Under the pieces are notes generated by a model. It saw only the letters and a list, made by a program, of their open reading frames with translations, made no database searches and was not told the DNA's origin. Made by a program: the position numbers and the translations under genes. Positions 19,267 to 29,474 of a stretch of 64,000 nucleotides of DNA are shown piece by piece; position 1 is the stretch's first letter, and each line of letters begins with the position of its first letter. Origin of the DNA: Candidatus Peribacteria bacterium (lineage in GTDB: Bacteria; Patescibacteriota; Gracilibacteria; Peribacterales; Peribacteraceae); assembly GCA_016866875.1 (NCBI GenBank), contig VGKY01000002.1:31688-95687 (forward strand). The letters are read 5' to 3'.

Positions 19267-20052
19267 TCATTGTACTCTCGGTTTTCTGCCAAAATACAAG
19301 ACAAAGAGTCCTCCAATCACAATCGGCACCGAGTACACCTGCCCTCTGGTGAGGATCATCGGACCGATGATGAGCGCTGTGTGCGTCGGCTCTCGGAGGA
19401 ATTCCAATGCGAAGCGCAGCACTCCGTACAGTATCAGAAAGATTCCCGCAGTCTGTCCTTGGGACTTCATTGGCAATCGCAAATGAAGGAAGCAGACCCC
19501 TGCAATGAAGAGATCCTTCAACACGGCATAGAGCTGGGTAGGGTGCCGTAGTCCTTCTACGCCGGGGATCGCAATACCCCACGGGAGTGTAGTAGGAATG
19601 CCGTACAACTCCTGATTGATAAAGTTTCCCAGTCTCCCCAGAGCGAGTCCGATCGCCACCGGAACGACGACGATATCCCCGAGGGCAAGCAAGGAAATCT
19701 TGTGCTTCCGTGCCGAGAAGATGAGCGACAGGATCACGCCGATGAATCCTCCATGACTCGCCATGCCTCCTTTCCACACGGCAAGCACCTCTAGAGGATG
19801 CATGAGATAGTATCCAGGATCGTAGAAGAGCACATAGCCAAGGCGCCCTCCGAGAAGCACGCCCAGCACGCCCCACGCGAGGATATCTCCCCAGGCATCG
19901 CTATCGAGGCTGAGGCCACGGTACTTCTGCAGTCGGGGAAGGAGCAGGTAGGCAACGAGAAATCCTGCAAGGTACAGGAGTCCGTACCAGTGCACGTCGA
20001 AGCCAAAAACAGAAATTGCGACGGCGCGGGAGGGGAAGAGCGAAAGCATCAC
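19267..20052 (-). CDS. lgt: prolipoprotein diacylglyceryl transferase
   Basis: HWYGL, GGRLGYVLFY, GGMASHGG, GRLGNFINQELYG, HPTQLY. Confidence 0.97.
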   Translation of the reverse strand: MMLSLFPSRAVAISVFGFDVHWYGLLYLAGFLVAYLLLPRLQKYRGLSLDSDAWGDILAWGVLGVLLGGRLGYVLFYDPGYYLMHPLEVLAVWKGGMASHGGFIGVILSLIFSARKHKISLLALGDIVVVPVAIGLALGRLGNFINQELYGIPTTLPWGIAIPGVEGLRHPTQLYAVLKDLFIAGVCFLHLRLPMKSQGQTAGIFLILYGVLRFALEFLREPTHTALIIGPMILTRGQVYSVPIVIGGLFVLYFGRKPRVQ

Positions 20053-20075
20053 TATGGATCATAGCATTCATTGCA

Positions 20076-20174
20076 TGTCACGCTGAGCGTAGTCGAAGCG
20101 CGGCATGCAATGATCACGTGTCTCCTTCGACCCGTCCGAGTCGTCGGCCGAGGCGGGCTACGCTCAGGATGACA
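20076..20174. repeat. family-A palindrome with a nested 27-bp hairpin
   Basis: Right arm CTTCGA|CTACGCTCAGGATGACA is split by CCCGTCCGAGTCGTCGGCCGAGGCGGG (20131-20157). Confidence 0.8.
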
Positions 20175-20187
20175 CACATTGAATGTG

Positions 20188-21600
20188 CTAATTCCCGCAC
20201 ATCGACTCCATCACCCACTCCCCTCTCTTCTGCAGACAAGGATCACCGTAGAAGCCTTTTACATACTCCCCGTAGTGATCGGTGAAGAGCGGTGTGAGGA
20301 CGAAGAGTGTTCCTTGGGGAAGACCGAAGAGGAGCAATCTGCGTTCCTCATGTGTGCCGTAGAGAAACTGCCCCCACTGGTCCTTGGTCCAACCGGGGAG
20401 ATCAAAGATGCCCGGACCACCGATAGTGCGCTCAGGAAGCCAGCCGAGGAGCCACGGCGCTCCGGCATTGTCGAGAGCAATCACTGGTGCAGACCCGGTA
20501 GAAACCTCGAGGGCGGAGGACTGAATCGCCCAGTAGGTATCCATATTGATGACGGGCACGCGCTCCCACGCGACACGGAAAGATATCGCCCCCTGAGCGA
20601 TGAGGAGCACTACGAGTGCGGCACGCAGTGCCGGCAAGCGCAAGCGCCTCCAGAGATCCTGCATGGCAATCGCAGCAAAGGGCAGGAGGAAGAAATCGCA
20701 CTGGAGAAAAAAGCGGCGATAGAACACGAGGCGAAAGATGATGAAGGGAAGTGTCCAGAGGACGGCAAGCTGCCACAGACTCCCCTTCTCCTTGCGCAGA
20801 GAAAGGAGAAATCCCCAGACACCGAGAGACAGAAGAATACCCGTCGTGCGAAGGTAGAAAACAGGATCGGGGAAAGAGCCACCCGGTGCGAGATCGCCGC
20901 GCAACTTGTAGATACTTGTGAAGGGATCGCGCACCGCCGCCGTCCAGTGCGGAAGGTAGAGGAGCAAGCTGAGGAGTGCGATCACTGCAAGAAATCCTCC
21001 CGTCATCCAGAGGCGACGGTCATACGGGCGAGAGCGCAGAGAGATCAGCCACCAAGAGCCGATGGTCAAGCCGAGGAGGAGCCCTGTCTGATGGTGGATG
21101 ATGAGCGCAAGGAATGCGAAGAGCGGCGCAAGCTTCGAGCGCCTCTCGAGAGCTCCGAAGGTGAAGATGGTGAAGAGCAGTGCGGCGTACGTCTTCCAGT
21201 ACATACCGACGAAACCATCGTAAAAGGGTAGCGAAAGGGCAGCTGCGAGAAGCACGAAGATACCAACGGCTCTCTCCTCCCTTCGGGAAAATTCCGCAGC
21301 AAGGGCAAGAGCGAGAACAATGGGGACAAAGTTCCACATCCAACCGAGGAGCCACTCAACCGGTGCACCGATCCTGAGGAGTGGTGCAGCAAGCAAAAAG
21401 AGTCCGGGAGGGTGCTCCCCTGCCCACCGCGGCAAGTCCGGAAGCAACGGAAAGCTCTCTGCGTACTTCAGAAAGAGGAAACGATAGATGCCCGGGTCAT
21501 ACCCGAGAGGGATGGGAAAGCGGAAAAAGGGCGTGAAAAACTTGATCGTGAGAAGCGCAAGAAGCACGTACCAAGCAATGACCGGCATGACCTTACGCAT
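20188..21600 (-). CDS. polytopic membrane protein, GT-C glycosyltransferase-like
   Basis: PLGYDPGIY after the first TM, HPPG, about 11 TMs, HHQTG. ORF is open to 21642. Confidence 0.6.
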   Translation of the reverse strand: MRKVMPVIAWYVLLALLTIKFFTPFFRFPIPLGYDPGIYRFLFLKYAESFPLLPDLPRWAGEHPPGLFLLAAPLLRIGAPVEWLLGWMWNFVPIVLALALAAEFSRREERAVGIFVLLAAALSLPFYDGFVGMYWKTYAALLFTIFTFGALERRSKLAPLFAFLALIIHHQTGLLLGLTIGSWWLISLRSRPYDRRLWMTGGFLAVIALLSLLLYLPHWTAAVRDPFTSIYKLRGDLAPGGSFPDPVFYLRTTGILLSLGVWGFLLSLRKEKGSLWQLAVLWTLPFIIFRLVFYRRFFLQCDFFLLPFAAIAMQDLWRRLRLPALRAALVVLLIAQGAISFRVAWERVPVINMDTYWAIQSSALEVSTGSAPVIALDNAGAPWLLGWLPERTIGGPGIFDLPGWTKDQWGQFLYGTHEERRLLLFGLPQGTLFVLTPLFTDHYGEYVKGFYGDPCLQKRGEWVMESMCGN

Positions 21601-21678
21601 GTTCGAGGAATGTAGCGGCATCCCCGATATGATAGAGGGCAATGAGAAACGAGCAACTGGAGCGCCCGACGCCTGTGC

Positions 21679-22425
21679 TCACGAAGCACTCTGCAGGAGC
21701 TTCGCACGCACCACAAAACGCTCTTTCGTGGTCCCGACGGGATAGCACGTGATGACCGTGAGCGTATCATCATCCATCTCCTTCAGATCGAGGATGGAGG
21801 TGTCTGACGAGGAAACGATGAAGGTATCGGTGACGGAGTACCGGTAGGGGGATCCTGCAACAGTCAACACAATCTCCTGACCGATGCCGATCGTCGGGAG
21901 ACGTGCGAAGACCGATCCGAACCTGCTCCCTTGCGATTCCTGCGTTGGAGGACTGCTGTGACCTGCAATCACCAGAGGTCCATGTCCGGGAAAGGACGAG
22001 TGCGGATACGCAACGGTCCCCCGCAGGAGCGCGGCCTGCATCTGTTGCTCGAGGAGGCTCCAGTAAGCGCGATCCCAGTATTGACGCGACGGCAGGATCA
22101 CCGGTGCACGAACCGCAAGGTCCGGAACGGAAATGGTGTACGCCGTACGCAGGCCCCACTGATCCATCTCCCGTTCATCTTTCGAAACTTCGGATGTCGA
22201 GGTGGCACGAGGCGATGGGGCAACCGCTGCAGGTTGAGGGGGTGCGGCATGAAGGAGGACATTTGGTGTTGGCTCGGGATCAAGGGAACGCTCTTGTGCC
22301 GGAGACGCAACGACCACGTCTGCAGGCATATTTCCAAAGACGAGGTGCATAGTTATCGCCGAGATAGTGGCCGAGCACAGCAAAGCTATGGCAAAGGCGT
22401 AAAGGATCCTCTTTTGTTTGTGCAT
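21679..22425 (-). CDS. sortase
   Basis: N-terminal TM, IAGHSS, LTVITCYPVGTTKER. Confidence 0.9.
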   Translation of the reverse strand: MHKQKRILYAFAIALLCSATISAITMHLVFGNMPADVVVASPAQERSLDPEPTPNVLLHAAPPQPAAVAPSPRATSTSEVSKDEREMDQWGLRTAYTISVPDLAVRAPVILPSRQYWDRAYWSLLEQQMQAALLRGTVAYPHSSFPGHGPLVIAGHSSPPTQESQGSRFGSVFARLPTIGIGQEIVLTVAGSPYRYSVTDTFIVSSSDTSILDLKEMDDDTLTVITCYPVGTTKERFVVRAKLLQSAS

Positions 22426-22565
22426 TATTGTTATTTTATACTACTTTTGACAATTTGTCTATTAATCGTATAACAAATATTATACGGCCTACACCCTACG
22501 CCCTACCCCCTATTCCCTACCTCTTCCCCCTACTCCCTCCTTCCTTCATCACCTATCCTGCCCGC

Positions 22566-23639
22566 ATGCGAATCCTCGGTATAGAGACATCCTGCGACGA
22601 AACCTCTGCGGCAATCGTTGAGGGTGGCACCCTTGTCCGAAGTTGCGTCATCACATCGCAGCGAGCACTCTTCGCATCGACTGGAGGCGTGATCCCTGAA
22701 CAGGCGGCACGCGAGCAGGTGCAATGCATGCAACCGGTGCTCGCGGCTTGTCTACAGGAAGCAAGGCTGACGATACCGGAGATTGACGCCATCGCCGTGA
22801 CAAGCGGCCCCGGACTCATGGGATCACTGCTCGTGGGTACAGTATCCGCACGTGCGCTCGCGGCACTGCATAGAAAACCGCTCATCGGCGTCCACCACAC
22901 GCTCGGCCACTTAAGCTCCACGTGGCTCCTTGCGGATCATGATGACAAGCAAAATATCAAAGATGCACCGTGCCCTGAGCCCCTCTCCTCCTGCTCGTTT
23001 CCGATGCTGACTCTCTCCGCTTCCGGCGGTCATACCGACCTGTGGTACAGGACGAAGCATACCCGGGGAATACTCCTCGGCTCGACGCGCGACGATGCCG
23101 CGGGCGAGGCCTTCGATAAAGGCGCGTCGCTGCTTGGACTCCCCTACCCCGGCGGCCCCTCGATTGCGAAAGCTGCTGAGCACGGTAACCCACAGGAGTT
23201 TGCCTTCCCCCTTCCGCTACACGATGACCCGTCGCTCGACTTCAGCTTCTCCGGGCTCAAGACCGCACTGCGGTACACGCTCGAAGATCAGCAGGAGAAT
23301 GCCTTGCGATTATCCGACCTTGCCGCCTCCTACCAGCACGCAATATGCGCGCACCTCGTTGACCGCATCACGCGCGCTCTCCACCGCCACCCCGACAGCA
23401 GAGAGGTTCACATCGTCGGCGGAGTTTCGGCAAACACGTACCTCCGCAACATGCTTCGAGCATCGCTTGGGCGCCGCATCGTAGTCCGCTGGCCGGAGAA
23501 GCTCCTCTACTGCACAGATAACGCGGCGATGATCGCGGCTGCAGGAGAGTTCCTCGTCCAAGAACGTGGAGAAGACGCATACGAACCATTTGAGACAGTA
23601 GCATCGCTACCGCTCTCCACGGCGATACATCACCACTAG
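22566..23639 (+). CDS. tsaD: tRNA N6-adenosine threonylcarbamoyltransferase
   Basis: ILGIETSCDET, GPGL, HHTLGH, SGGHT, DDAAGEAFDK, FSFSGLKT, CTDNAAMIA. Confidence 0.97.
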   Translation: MRILGIETSCDETSAAIVEGGTLVRSCVITSQRALFASTGGVIPEQAAREQVQCMQPVLAACLQEARLTIPEIDAIAVTSGPGLMGSLLVGTVSARALAALHRKPLIGVHHTLGHLSSTWLLADHDDKQNIKDAPCPEPLSSCSFPMLTLSASGGHTDLWYRTKHTRGILLGSTRDDAAGEAFDKGASLLGLPYPGGPSIAKAAEHGNPQEFAFPLPLHDDPSLDFSFSGLKTALRYTLEDQQENALRLSDLAASYQHAICAHLVDRITRALHRHPDSREVHIVGGVSANTYLRNMLRASLGRRIVVRWPEKLLYCTDNAAMIAAAGEFLVQERGEDAYEPFETVASLPLSTAIHHH

Positions 23640-23722
23640 GCGAATGCCGGAAGGATAGCGCCGAGAAGGATACCAACGAGTCCGAATATCGCGAGGATTT
23701 TCACGGGAGTGGATTTCTTCAT
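23636..23722 (-). CDS. 28-aa membrane peptide
   Basis: MKKSTPVKILAIFGLVGILLGAILPAFA, starting 12 nt after the PKD gene. Confidence 0.55.
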   Translation of the reverse strand: MKKSTPVKILAIFGLVGILLGAILPAFA

Positions 23723-23734
23723 GAGGGAAAAGGG

Positions 23735-25771
23735 TTAGGGCTCGATGGAAATTTGCTGCGACGTCGTGCTGCGTGCCCCTGTCGAGTCCTGCACCGTCAG
23801 GGTAACGTCATAGACTCCAGGTTGCTCGAAGACGTGCACAACACGGGTGGCAAGATCATCGCTCTGGGAGCCGTCATCGAAATCCCAGACAATCTTTTCA
23901 AGGTACCCCGAACTACAGGAACGATCGAAGGAAACACCGAAGGGTTTCCCCCCCATCTTGCCGACTTTGCGGCTCGGGATGAAGCATGCATCAAGGCGAG
24001 GGGGCAGAACGACGACGGTGCTAGAGGATTCATAGGTTTCGTCCGTCGTCGTGTAGACAATGAGCTTCACCGGGTACTTTCCCGGCTTCTCGAATGTGTT
24101 CTCCTCAATGGCAATTCCCTGCTTGCGGGTAATGCCCGTCGACTGATCCCCGAAGATCCATTCAAAGCCAGAAATAGTCTTTCCGGGGATGACGGTCTGC
24201 GATGCATCGAAGCGAACTTTGAAGGGCGCCACGCCGCTCTTCTTGTCCATCTGGAACGTCACAACAGAGGATGGAGGTTTGACCTCGACCGCGATGGGCA
24301 GGCGCATGGCCTTACCCTCGGGATCACTGCCCAGAAGCGTCAGCCTATACGTACCCGGGTATCGGTAGATCGCTTGGAGGGCATTTTCGGCAGATCCGAC
24401 ACTTGTGGCACCCGGGGCCTCCCAGGAGAAGTCGATGAGCGGCAATGTCGTGTTCGGAGTGATGCTGATACTCAAGGGGGCCTCACCGGTGATCTTGTTT
24501 CCTACAACAGCGGGAAACCCATCGAAGGTGAGATCGGGAATGCGCAGGATCTCGACGATCTGAACCAAGGCAGATGCCTCCGCAGTATCACCGGTCTTCG
24601 ATCTCGCTCGCGCAGTCACGCGAAACGACCCTATAACGTCAAACGTGTGACCCACCCTGTGCTGATCAACCGTTTTGACGATAGGAGATTTATCGGCAAA
24701 GTCCCACTCGACCTCACGGAGAGGCTCATCGGTCGTGAGCGTAAAGATCGTGCCGAATGGAGGCGGGCTGAGCAGTTTTTTGGGCTCCGAGACGAGGAGG
24801 ATATCGAAAGGCTGCGGTGGGGGATCCCGCACTTCAATGTCACGACGAAAGGTCTGCTGGGTCTGATTTTCCTGCAGTACGACAGCAGATACACGGTGCA
24901 CTCCCGTACGCGAGAAGATGTGGGTGACCTTGGAATCGGTCCGAATCTCGTCGACTTTGCCGTCATCGTCAAAATCCCAGCGGACCTCACGGATCATTTC
25001 CGTGTCCGCAACGAGATTCTCAACGCTGAAGGTCACAGGCTGATCCACAATCGGCTCTACGGGATCTACAGAATAGACTGCCTTCGGGATCACCACCCTT
25101 CTCGCAACGCGACGGGCCGATCCATCGACAAGAGTGATATCAACGGAAACCCCATATGCACCCGATCGGCCGAAGTAGGCCGTAATCTGTGGATCCAACG
25201 TTTCTTCGTTGGTCTTCCCGTCACCATCGAGATCCCAGAAGTAGCTGATGGGCTGGAGTCCCTTTCGCGCGAGGACGGCAAGCGCGCGGTCGACGCTGAA
25301 AGTGATCGCCACGGGAGCAACGAGATCCACGCCATCTTCCGGACTGAACTTTACGATATCGAGCGGCAGCGCAGGCTCGCGGACAATCATCACCGGAGTT
25401 GCAAGACTGAGGAGAAATGCAGGGGTGAGAAAAAGCGTAATTCTGCCAATAGCATTGGCCTTGCCGTAGCGCGTGGCCGTGCGATCCTTGAGTGCATGAC
25501 GGGACGTAGTCGCCATCATCCCCACAATGAGGAGCAGCACCATCCCGGAGGAGGCAAACGTCAGGGGAATCAGATTCTGATGTGTACCGGCGATATTGGG
25601 AAGGACGGAAAGGACGTACAGACACCAAGCAAGGTACGCGAAGTAGGGAATCAGGGCGCAGACAAAGATCGCGCGCACAGCGCGCATGCGGACATGCGGT
25701 GGCACCATCTGGGGCTGCGGCACCGGCGGCGTGGGACTCACGGCATCGACATTCTGTGGGGACTCGGTCAC
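23735..25771 (-). CDS. PKD-domain membrane protein
   Basis: Three N-terminal TMs followed by repeated WD(F/L)DxDG / WDFA / WIFGD PKD folds. Confidence 0.85.
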   Translation of the reverse strand: MTESPQNVDAVSPTPPVPQPQMVPPHVRMRAVRAIFVCALIPYFAYLAWCLYVLSVLPNIAGTHQNLIPLTFASSGMVLLLIVGMMATTSRHALKDRTATRYGKANAIGRITLFLTPAFLLSLATPVMIVREPALPLDIVKFSPEDGVDLVAPVAITFSVDRALAVLARKGLQPISYFWDLDGDGKTNEETLDPQITAYFGRSGAYGVSVDITLVDGSARRVARRVVIPKAVYSVDPVEPIVDQPVTFSVENLVADTEMIREVRWDFDDDGKVDEIRTDSKVTHIFSRTGVHRVSAVVLQENQTQQTFRRDIEVRDPPPQPFDILLVSEPKKLLSPPPFGTIFTLTTDEPLREVEWDFADKSPIVKTVDQHRVGHTFDVIGSFRVTARARSKTGDTAEASALVQIVEILRIPDLTFDGFPAVVGNKITGEAPLSISITPNTTLPLIDFSWEAPGATSVGSAENALQAIYRYPGTYRLTLLGSDPEGKAMRLPIAVEVKPPSSVVTFQMDKKSGVAPFKVRFDASQTVIPGKTISGFEWIFGDQSTGITRKQGIAIEENTFEKPGKYPVKLIVYTTTDETYESSSTVVVLPPRLDACFIPSRKVGKMGGKPFGVSFDRSCSSGYLEKIVWDFDDGSQSDDLATRVVHVFEQPGVYDVTLTVQDSTGARSTTSQQISIEP

Positions 25772-26745
25772 TCGCTGGGGGGGGAGATAGCAGTGCGAGC
25801 GTGCTCATCGATCGCGGAGCGGATATCGCTCTCGGGTATGGGCAAGACCCCATCCTTCGCCTGAGCAGCGGGAACCAGTGTAGCACCACTTGGGAAGGGC
25901 CGGGCATCGGGGGGAATCTCTACGGGGGCAGCAGACCCAAATTGCGAGAGCTTTACAGAGATCTCTGCGCGCGCAACGGAACCCTCGGGCAGAGTGAGAG
26001 AAGGTATTTCCCACCGCACCTGCATCACCCGGAAATCTTTTGCAGAGATCCAGAGCTCACCCGTAGCCTGGAGCAAATGGATCTCCCTTCGAACTTTCTG
26101 CTCTTCAAACGGGTCACCCCGCTCCTCTGCCAAATCCCGGAGATACACAATGAGACGCTCCGGATCGAGTGCCACGCCGTAGTGGTAAGTCGGCTCACCA
26201 GAGAGACGCTCGACCCCTAACTCCCGCGTGACGCGGACAACGCTGGCTTGGGACTGCAAGAGTCGCGCGCTCGGTGCGACGGAGATTTCATCGCCACCAT
26301 CTTCCTTGGCAATCATCCACCACGCACCGGCAATTGACTGTATGACCGCAGGATCGAGGAGTCCGGCATCAGCGGGATCCGTCTGTAGGGCGCGCACGAA
26401 GAAGTAGAAGCGCTGAGCGGCGATGGAGACCGTATCGACGATGGCGTGGAGCGACTGCTCCGCACCCTCTGCATCACGATACCGCACAGTGGTGTCGATA
26501 GCGGCGCTCACGATTCTTCCGCCGTCATTGAGTGCACCCTCTATACGCATCACGCCGCCACCGTTACCAAATAGTCCGCCTCCGTACGCAAACGTGACAT
26601 CCGCCTGGTACGCAGCGGAAGTGAGCACCGCGCCTGCCGTAACAGCGTTCTGCAATACCTGCTCCGCGGGAAACGCCGGCACATCTGCCCTGCAAGCAAC
26701 GAGTGCGAGGGCGACGAGAGGGAACAGGGTTCTCCTGCGCGACAT
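25768..26745 (-). CDS. lipoprotein, hypothetical
   Basis: Lipobox LALVAC; beta-rich body; 4-nt overlap with the PKD gene. Confidence 0.7.
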   Translation of the reverse strand: MSRRRTLFPLVALALVACRADVPAFPAEQVLQNAVTAGAVLTSAAYQADVTFAYGGGLFGNGGGVMRIEGALNDGGRIVSAAIDTTVRYRDAEGAEQSLHAIVDTVSIAAQRFYFFVRALQTDPADAGLLDPAVIQSIAGAWWMIAKEDGGDEISVAPSARLLQSQASVVRVTRELGVERLSGEPTYHYGVALDPERLIVYLRDLAEERGDPFEEQKVRREIHLLQATGELWISAKDFRVMQVRWEIPSLTLPEGSVARAEISVKLSQFGSAAPVEIPPDARPFPSGATLVPAAQAKDGVLPIPESDIRSAIDEHARTAISPPSE

Positions 26746-26793
26746 GGCCCCAAGCATACTGCAGAACTCGCCCGACGCGAAGGCCTACCTCCT

Positions 26794-27648
26794 TCAGGAG
26801 GCATCCCGCGCCCGGAGATCAGAGGCTTCCTCGACAGTGAAGCGAATCGTGCGCCTTCGAGACGCCCGTACATCGGCGTGAAGTTCAAATATCCGTGAAG
26901 AACCGCGCGAAATCAGCACGGGAGGGTTCAGGCTGAGGCTGACCTTATCCCCTGTCATACGAGGAGCGATAGAAGAGACACGTTGAGCCCTGTTATCGTG
27001 CAGAGAGATATTCTGCAAGTCCGCATTGCGGGCCGATCCCTGGTTGGTGAAAACGACGTGCGTGACTTCTTGGTCCTCCGTACCGCTTGCCGTGAGGCGC
27101 AGGCGGGCAACGACACGATCTGCACCGTACGAGATACGTCGCAGAGCACTCAGAAGGTCGACACTGACGGACCCCACGCTGTAGGGAGCGGTGCGGACCT
27201 TCGTCTGCAGAGACGGAAGCACTGTTATGTTGATAAAAGCGCCCGGGGAGACGATCGGATCGCGATCAACGAGGGAAATCCGGTGCTCCGAAGCGACTTC
27301 TGCGGAAGAAGCGACGTCAGCCAGTATCGAGAGTTCTATCGCTTTACATGCAGGCACCGTGAGTGCCTGGAACCGCAAGGGGATCTCTCCCCGGCGATCC
27401 GGGACAGAAACGCGCGAGACGCGAACGCCGTCCATCTCCGCATAGACTGCTGCGATGTCTGTCGACAGACCGGGACCGGAACGCTTCAGGAGGATCTCCT
27501 CGATAGGAGCGTCCGCCGAACAATCGGCGCGCATGTGAAGAGCAAGTACCGGTACACGTTGGGCTCCGCGAGGAAGTGACCCAACAGCCAATTCCCGGGA
27601 AGTGACCGTCAGTGACGCCAGAGCAGAAAGCAGTAGGACAGGAAGCAC
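26794..27648 (-). CDS. secreted protein with two Ig-like repeats
   Basis: Signal peptide; two similar beta domains (GAQRVPVLALHM.. / GADRVVARLRL..). Confidence 0.65.
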   Translation of the reverse strand: MLPVLLLSALASLTVTSRELAVGSLPRGAQRVPVLALHMRADCSADAPIEEILLKRSGPGLSTDIAAVYAEMDGVRVSRVSVPDRRGEIPLRFQALTVPACKAIELSILADVASSAEVASEHRISLVDRDPIVSPGAFINITVLPSLQTKVRTAPYSVGSVSVDLLSALRRISYGADRVVARLRLTASGTEDQEVTHVVFTNQGSARNADLQNISLHDNRAQRVSSIAPRMTGDKVSLSLNPPVLISRGSSRIFELHADVRASRRRTIRFTVEEASDLRARDAS

Positions 27649-27703
27649 GGAGGGAGTGTAGCACGCTTACCGACAATGCGGATTTGAGGTATAGTAAACA
27701 GAT

Positions 27704-27907
27704 ATGTCCGGTCCAGAAATGCCTCACGGCCCAGAATGCATTCCTCAAGTATGTAATCCTGCAGAGGCAGCGACCCAGAGGATCGCGCAGCTGAATAGCA
27801 ACATCCTCGGGACTGCACTGGATCTTGCGCCTGCAGTGCTGGGCGTGGGATTGCTCGTGTACGGATTCCGTCAAATGTACAAGTCTACATTTCAGAAGAT
27901 CTCCTGA
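27704..27907 (+). CDS. small membrane protein, hypothetical
   Basis: Fills the gap between flanking genes; one TM (APAVLGVGLLVYGF). Confidence 0.4.
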   Translation: MSGPEMPHGPECIPQVCNPAEAATQRIAQLNSNILGTALDLAPAVLGVGLLVYGFRQMYKSTFQKIS

Positions 27908-27931
27908 ACTTGGAGTAACGCTCACGGAGGA

Positions 27932-28855
27932 CTACCACTTTCCTCCTCCTCCCCCACCCCCAAACGAGCCTCCACCAAAGCCTCCAAATCCTCCGCCTCC
28001 TCCACCCATCCCGGAGCCGCCATACCAGATTCCCCTTCTGTGTCGTCGCACACCTCCGTTTCTGGAAACGAGATAGTCAAAGAGCAGGCCAAGACCCGCA
28101 AGCACGGGAATGCTCCACCACCAGACGAGCGATACGGCAAGAACAACACCGATAAGTCCTCCCACAACCCCCCCGAGCCACCAGGACTTGGTGCGCCCAA
28201 AGAGCGCGACGAGAAAATCGAATCCAACAAACAGGAGGAAGAAGAAAAATTGACCCAAGCCAGATGATCCACGGGATTCTGAGGCATAGCGATCGGCTGC
28301 ATACTCGCCGCCAATGTGCTTCATCAGCGACTCAATGCCGGTCTGCACCCCCTGCGCATACTTCCCCTCACGAAACGAAGGAGCAAAGTCCGTCTCCACG
28401 ATTCCTGCAGCAACGATGTCGGGAACGGCGCCCTCAAGACCATATCCTGTTGCGATAAACGACTGACGCTCTTCGTAGGCGATGAGGATGAGAATGCCAT
28501 TGTGATACTCCTTTGAACCAATGCCCCATTTGCGACCGATGGCAACTGCGACATCGGCGATAGGCTCGCCATCCAGGGTCGAAACAATGAGAATCGCAAT
28601 TTCATTGCTTGTCTGAGTGCGATACTCCCGCAGGGTCGATTCCAGGGACGCTTCCTCGTCTTCGGAAAGGACCGCCGCTGTATCTGTCACGTATCCATCA
28701 TTTGGCGGTACGGAATAGGCAAAAGCAACGGCAGGAAAGAGCAAAGAGCATAAGACGAGAACGAATAATCGTTTTTTGGTTTTTTGGTTTTTTCGTTCGC
28801 CGTACACCGCGCAGAGACGAGGAAATGAGCAAACGGGAAAACGCATAGCACGCAT
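27932..28855 (-). CDS. TPM-domain protein (YgcG family)
   Basis: YVTDTAAVL, WGIG, TGYGLEGAVPD, Gly-rich tail GGGSFGGGG..GKW; follows lemA. Confidence 0.92.
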   Translation of the reverse strand: MRAMRFPVCSFPRLCAVYGERKNQKTKKRLFVLVLCSLLFPAVAFAYSVPPNDGYVTDTAAVLSEDEEASLESTLREYRTQTSNEIAILIVSTLDGEPIADVAVAIGRKWGIGSKEYHNGILILIAYEERQSFIATGYGLEGAVPDIVAAGIVETDFAPSFREGKYAQGVQTGIESLMKHIGGEYAADRYASESRGSSGLGQFFFFLLFVGFDFLVALFGRTKSWWLGGVVGGLIGVVLAVSLVWWWSIPVLAGLGLLFDYLVSRNGGVRRHRRGIWYGGSGMGGGGGGFGGFGGGSFGGGGGGGKW

Positions 28856-28864
28856 AACGTCATA

Positions 28865-29422
28865 CTACTCAAAATCCACCGCAGGCGCGACATCGCTTCC
28901 CTGCTGCGCTTCGAAGAATGCTTCGGCGTCAAACCCGAACATGCCGGCAAGCACATTGCTCGGGAACCGCTTCACGCGGAGATTGTATCTGCGAACTTCC
29001 TCATTGTAATCGCGCCGCGCGACGGCAATACGGTTTTCGGTTCCTTCGAGCTGCGTCATGAGATCGCGGTACGCCTGTGTGGCCTGAAGCTGAGGGTAGT
29101 TCTCCACAGCCACGAGAAGGCGCGAGAGAGCAGACTCCACCTCACCTGCGGCCGCAATGCGATCGCTGCGCGTCGGTGCGGTCTGCCAACGACTCCTCGC
29201 CTCGGTGATCGCCATGAAAGTCTCCTGCTCAAAGGAAGCAGCTCCTTGAACGGTGCTCACCAAGTTCGGGATGAGATCAACCCTCCGTTGGTACTGCGTC
29301 TCCACCTGTGCCCACGATGCGGCAACCGACTCGCTCCCCGTGATGAGTCCGTTGTAACCAGACCAGAGCCAGAGTGCGAGAACTCCGACGATGCCGATGA
29401 GAATCCAATGGATGCGCTTCAT
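28865..29422 (-). CDS. lemA: LemA family protein
   Basis: YQRRVDLIPNLV, ENYPQL, LEGTENRIAVARRDYN, FPSN. Confidence 0.97.
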   Translation of the reverse strand: MKRIHWILIGIVGVLALWLWSGYNGLITGSESVAASWAQVETQYQRRVDLIPNLVSTVQGAASFEQETFMAITEARSRWQTAPTRSDRIAAAGEVESALSRLLVAVENYPQLQATQAYRDLMTQLEGTENRIAVARRDYNEEVRRYNLRVKRFPSNVLAGMFGFDAEAFFEAQQGSDVAPAVDFE

Positions 29423-29474
29423 GCGTAGAGCATAGGGAAAAATTCTGCAAAAAAGAAGAGTGGTGATCGCGCGA

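Noticed and set aside
22428..22565. N-terminal extensions of tsaD (and likewise mnmA 58250, PEBP 30299, TMTC 46399, riboflavin kinase 15533)
   Set aside because: They run through promoters or repeats; family homology and -10 boxes point to the downstream starts.
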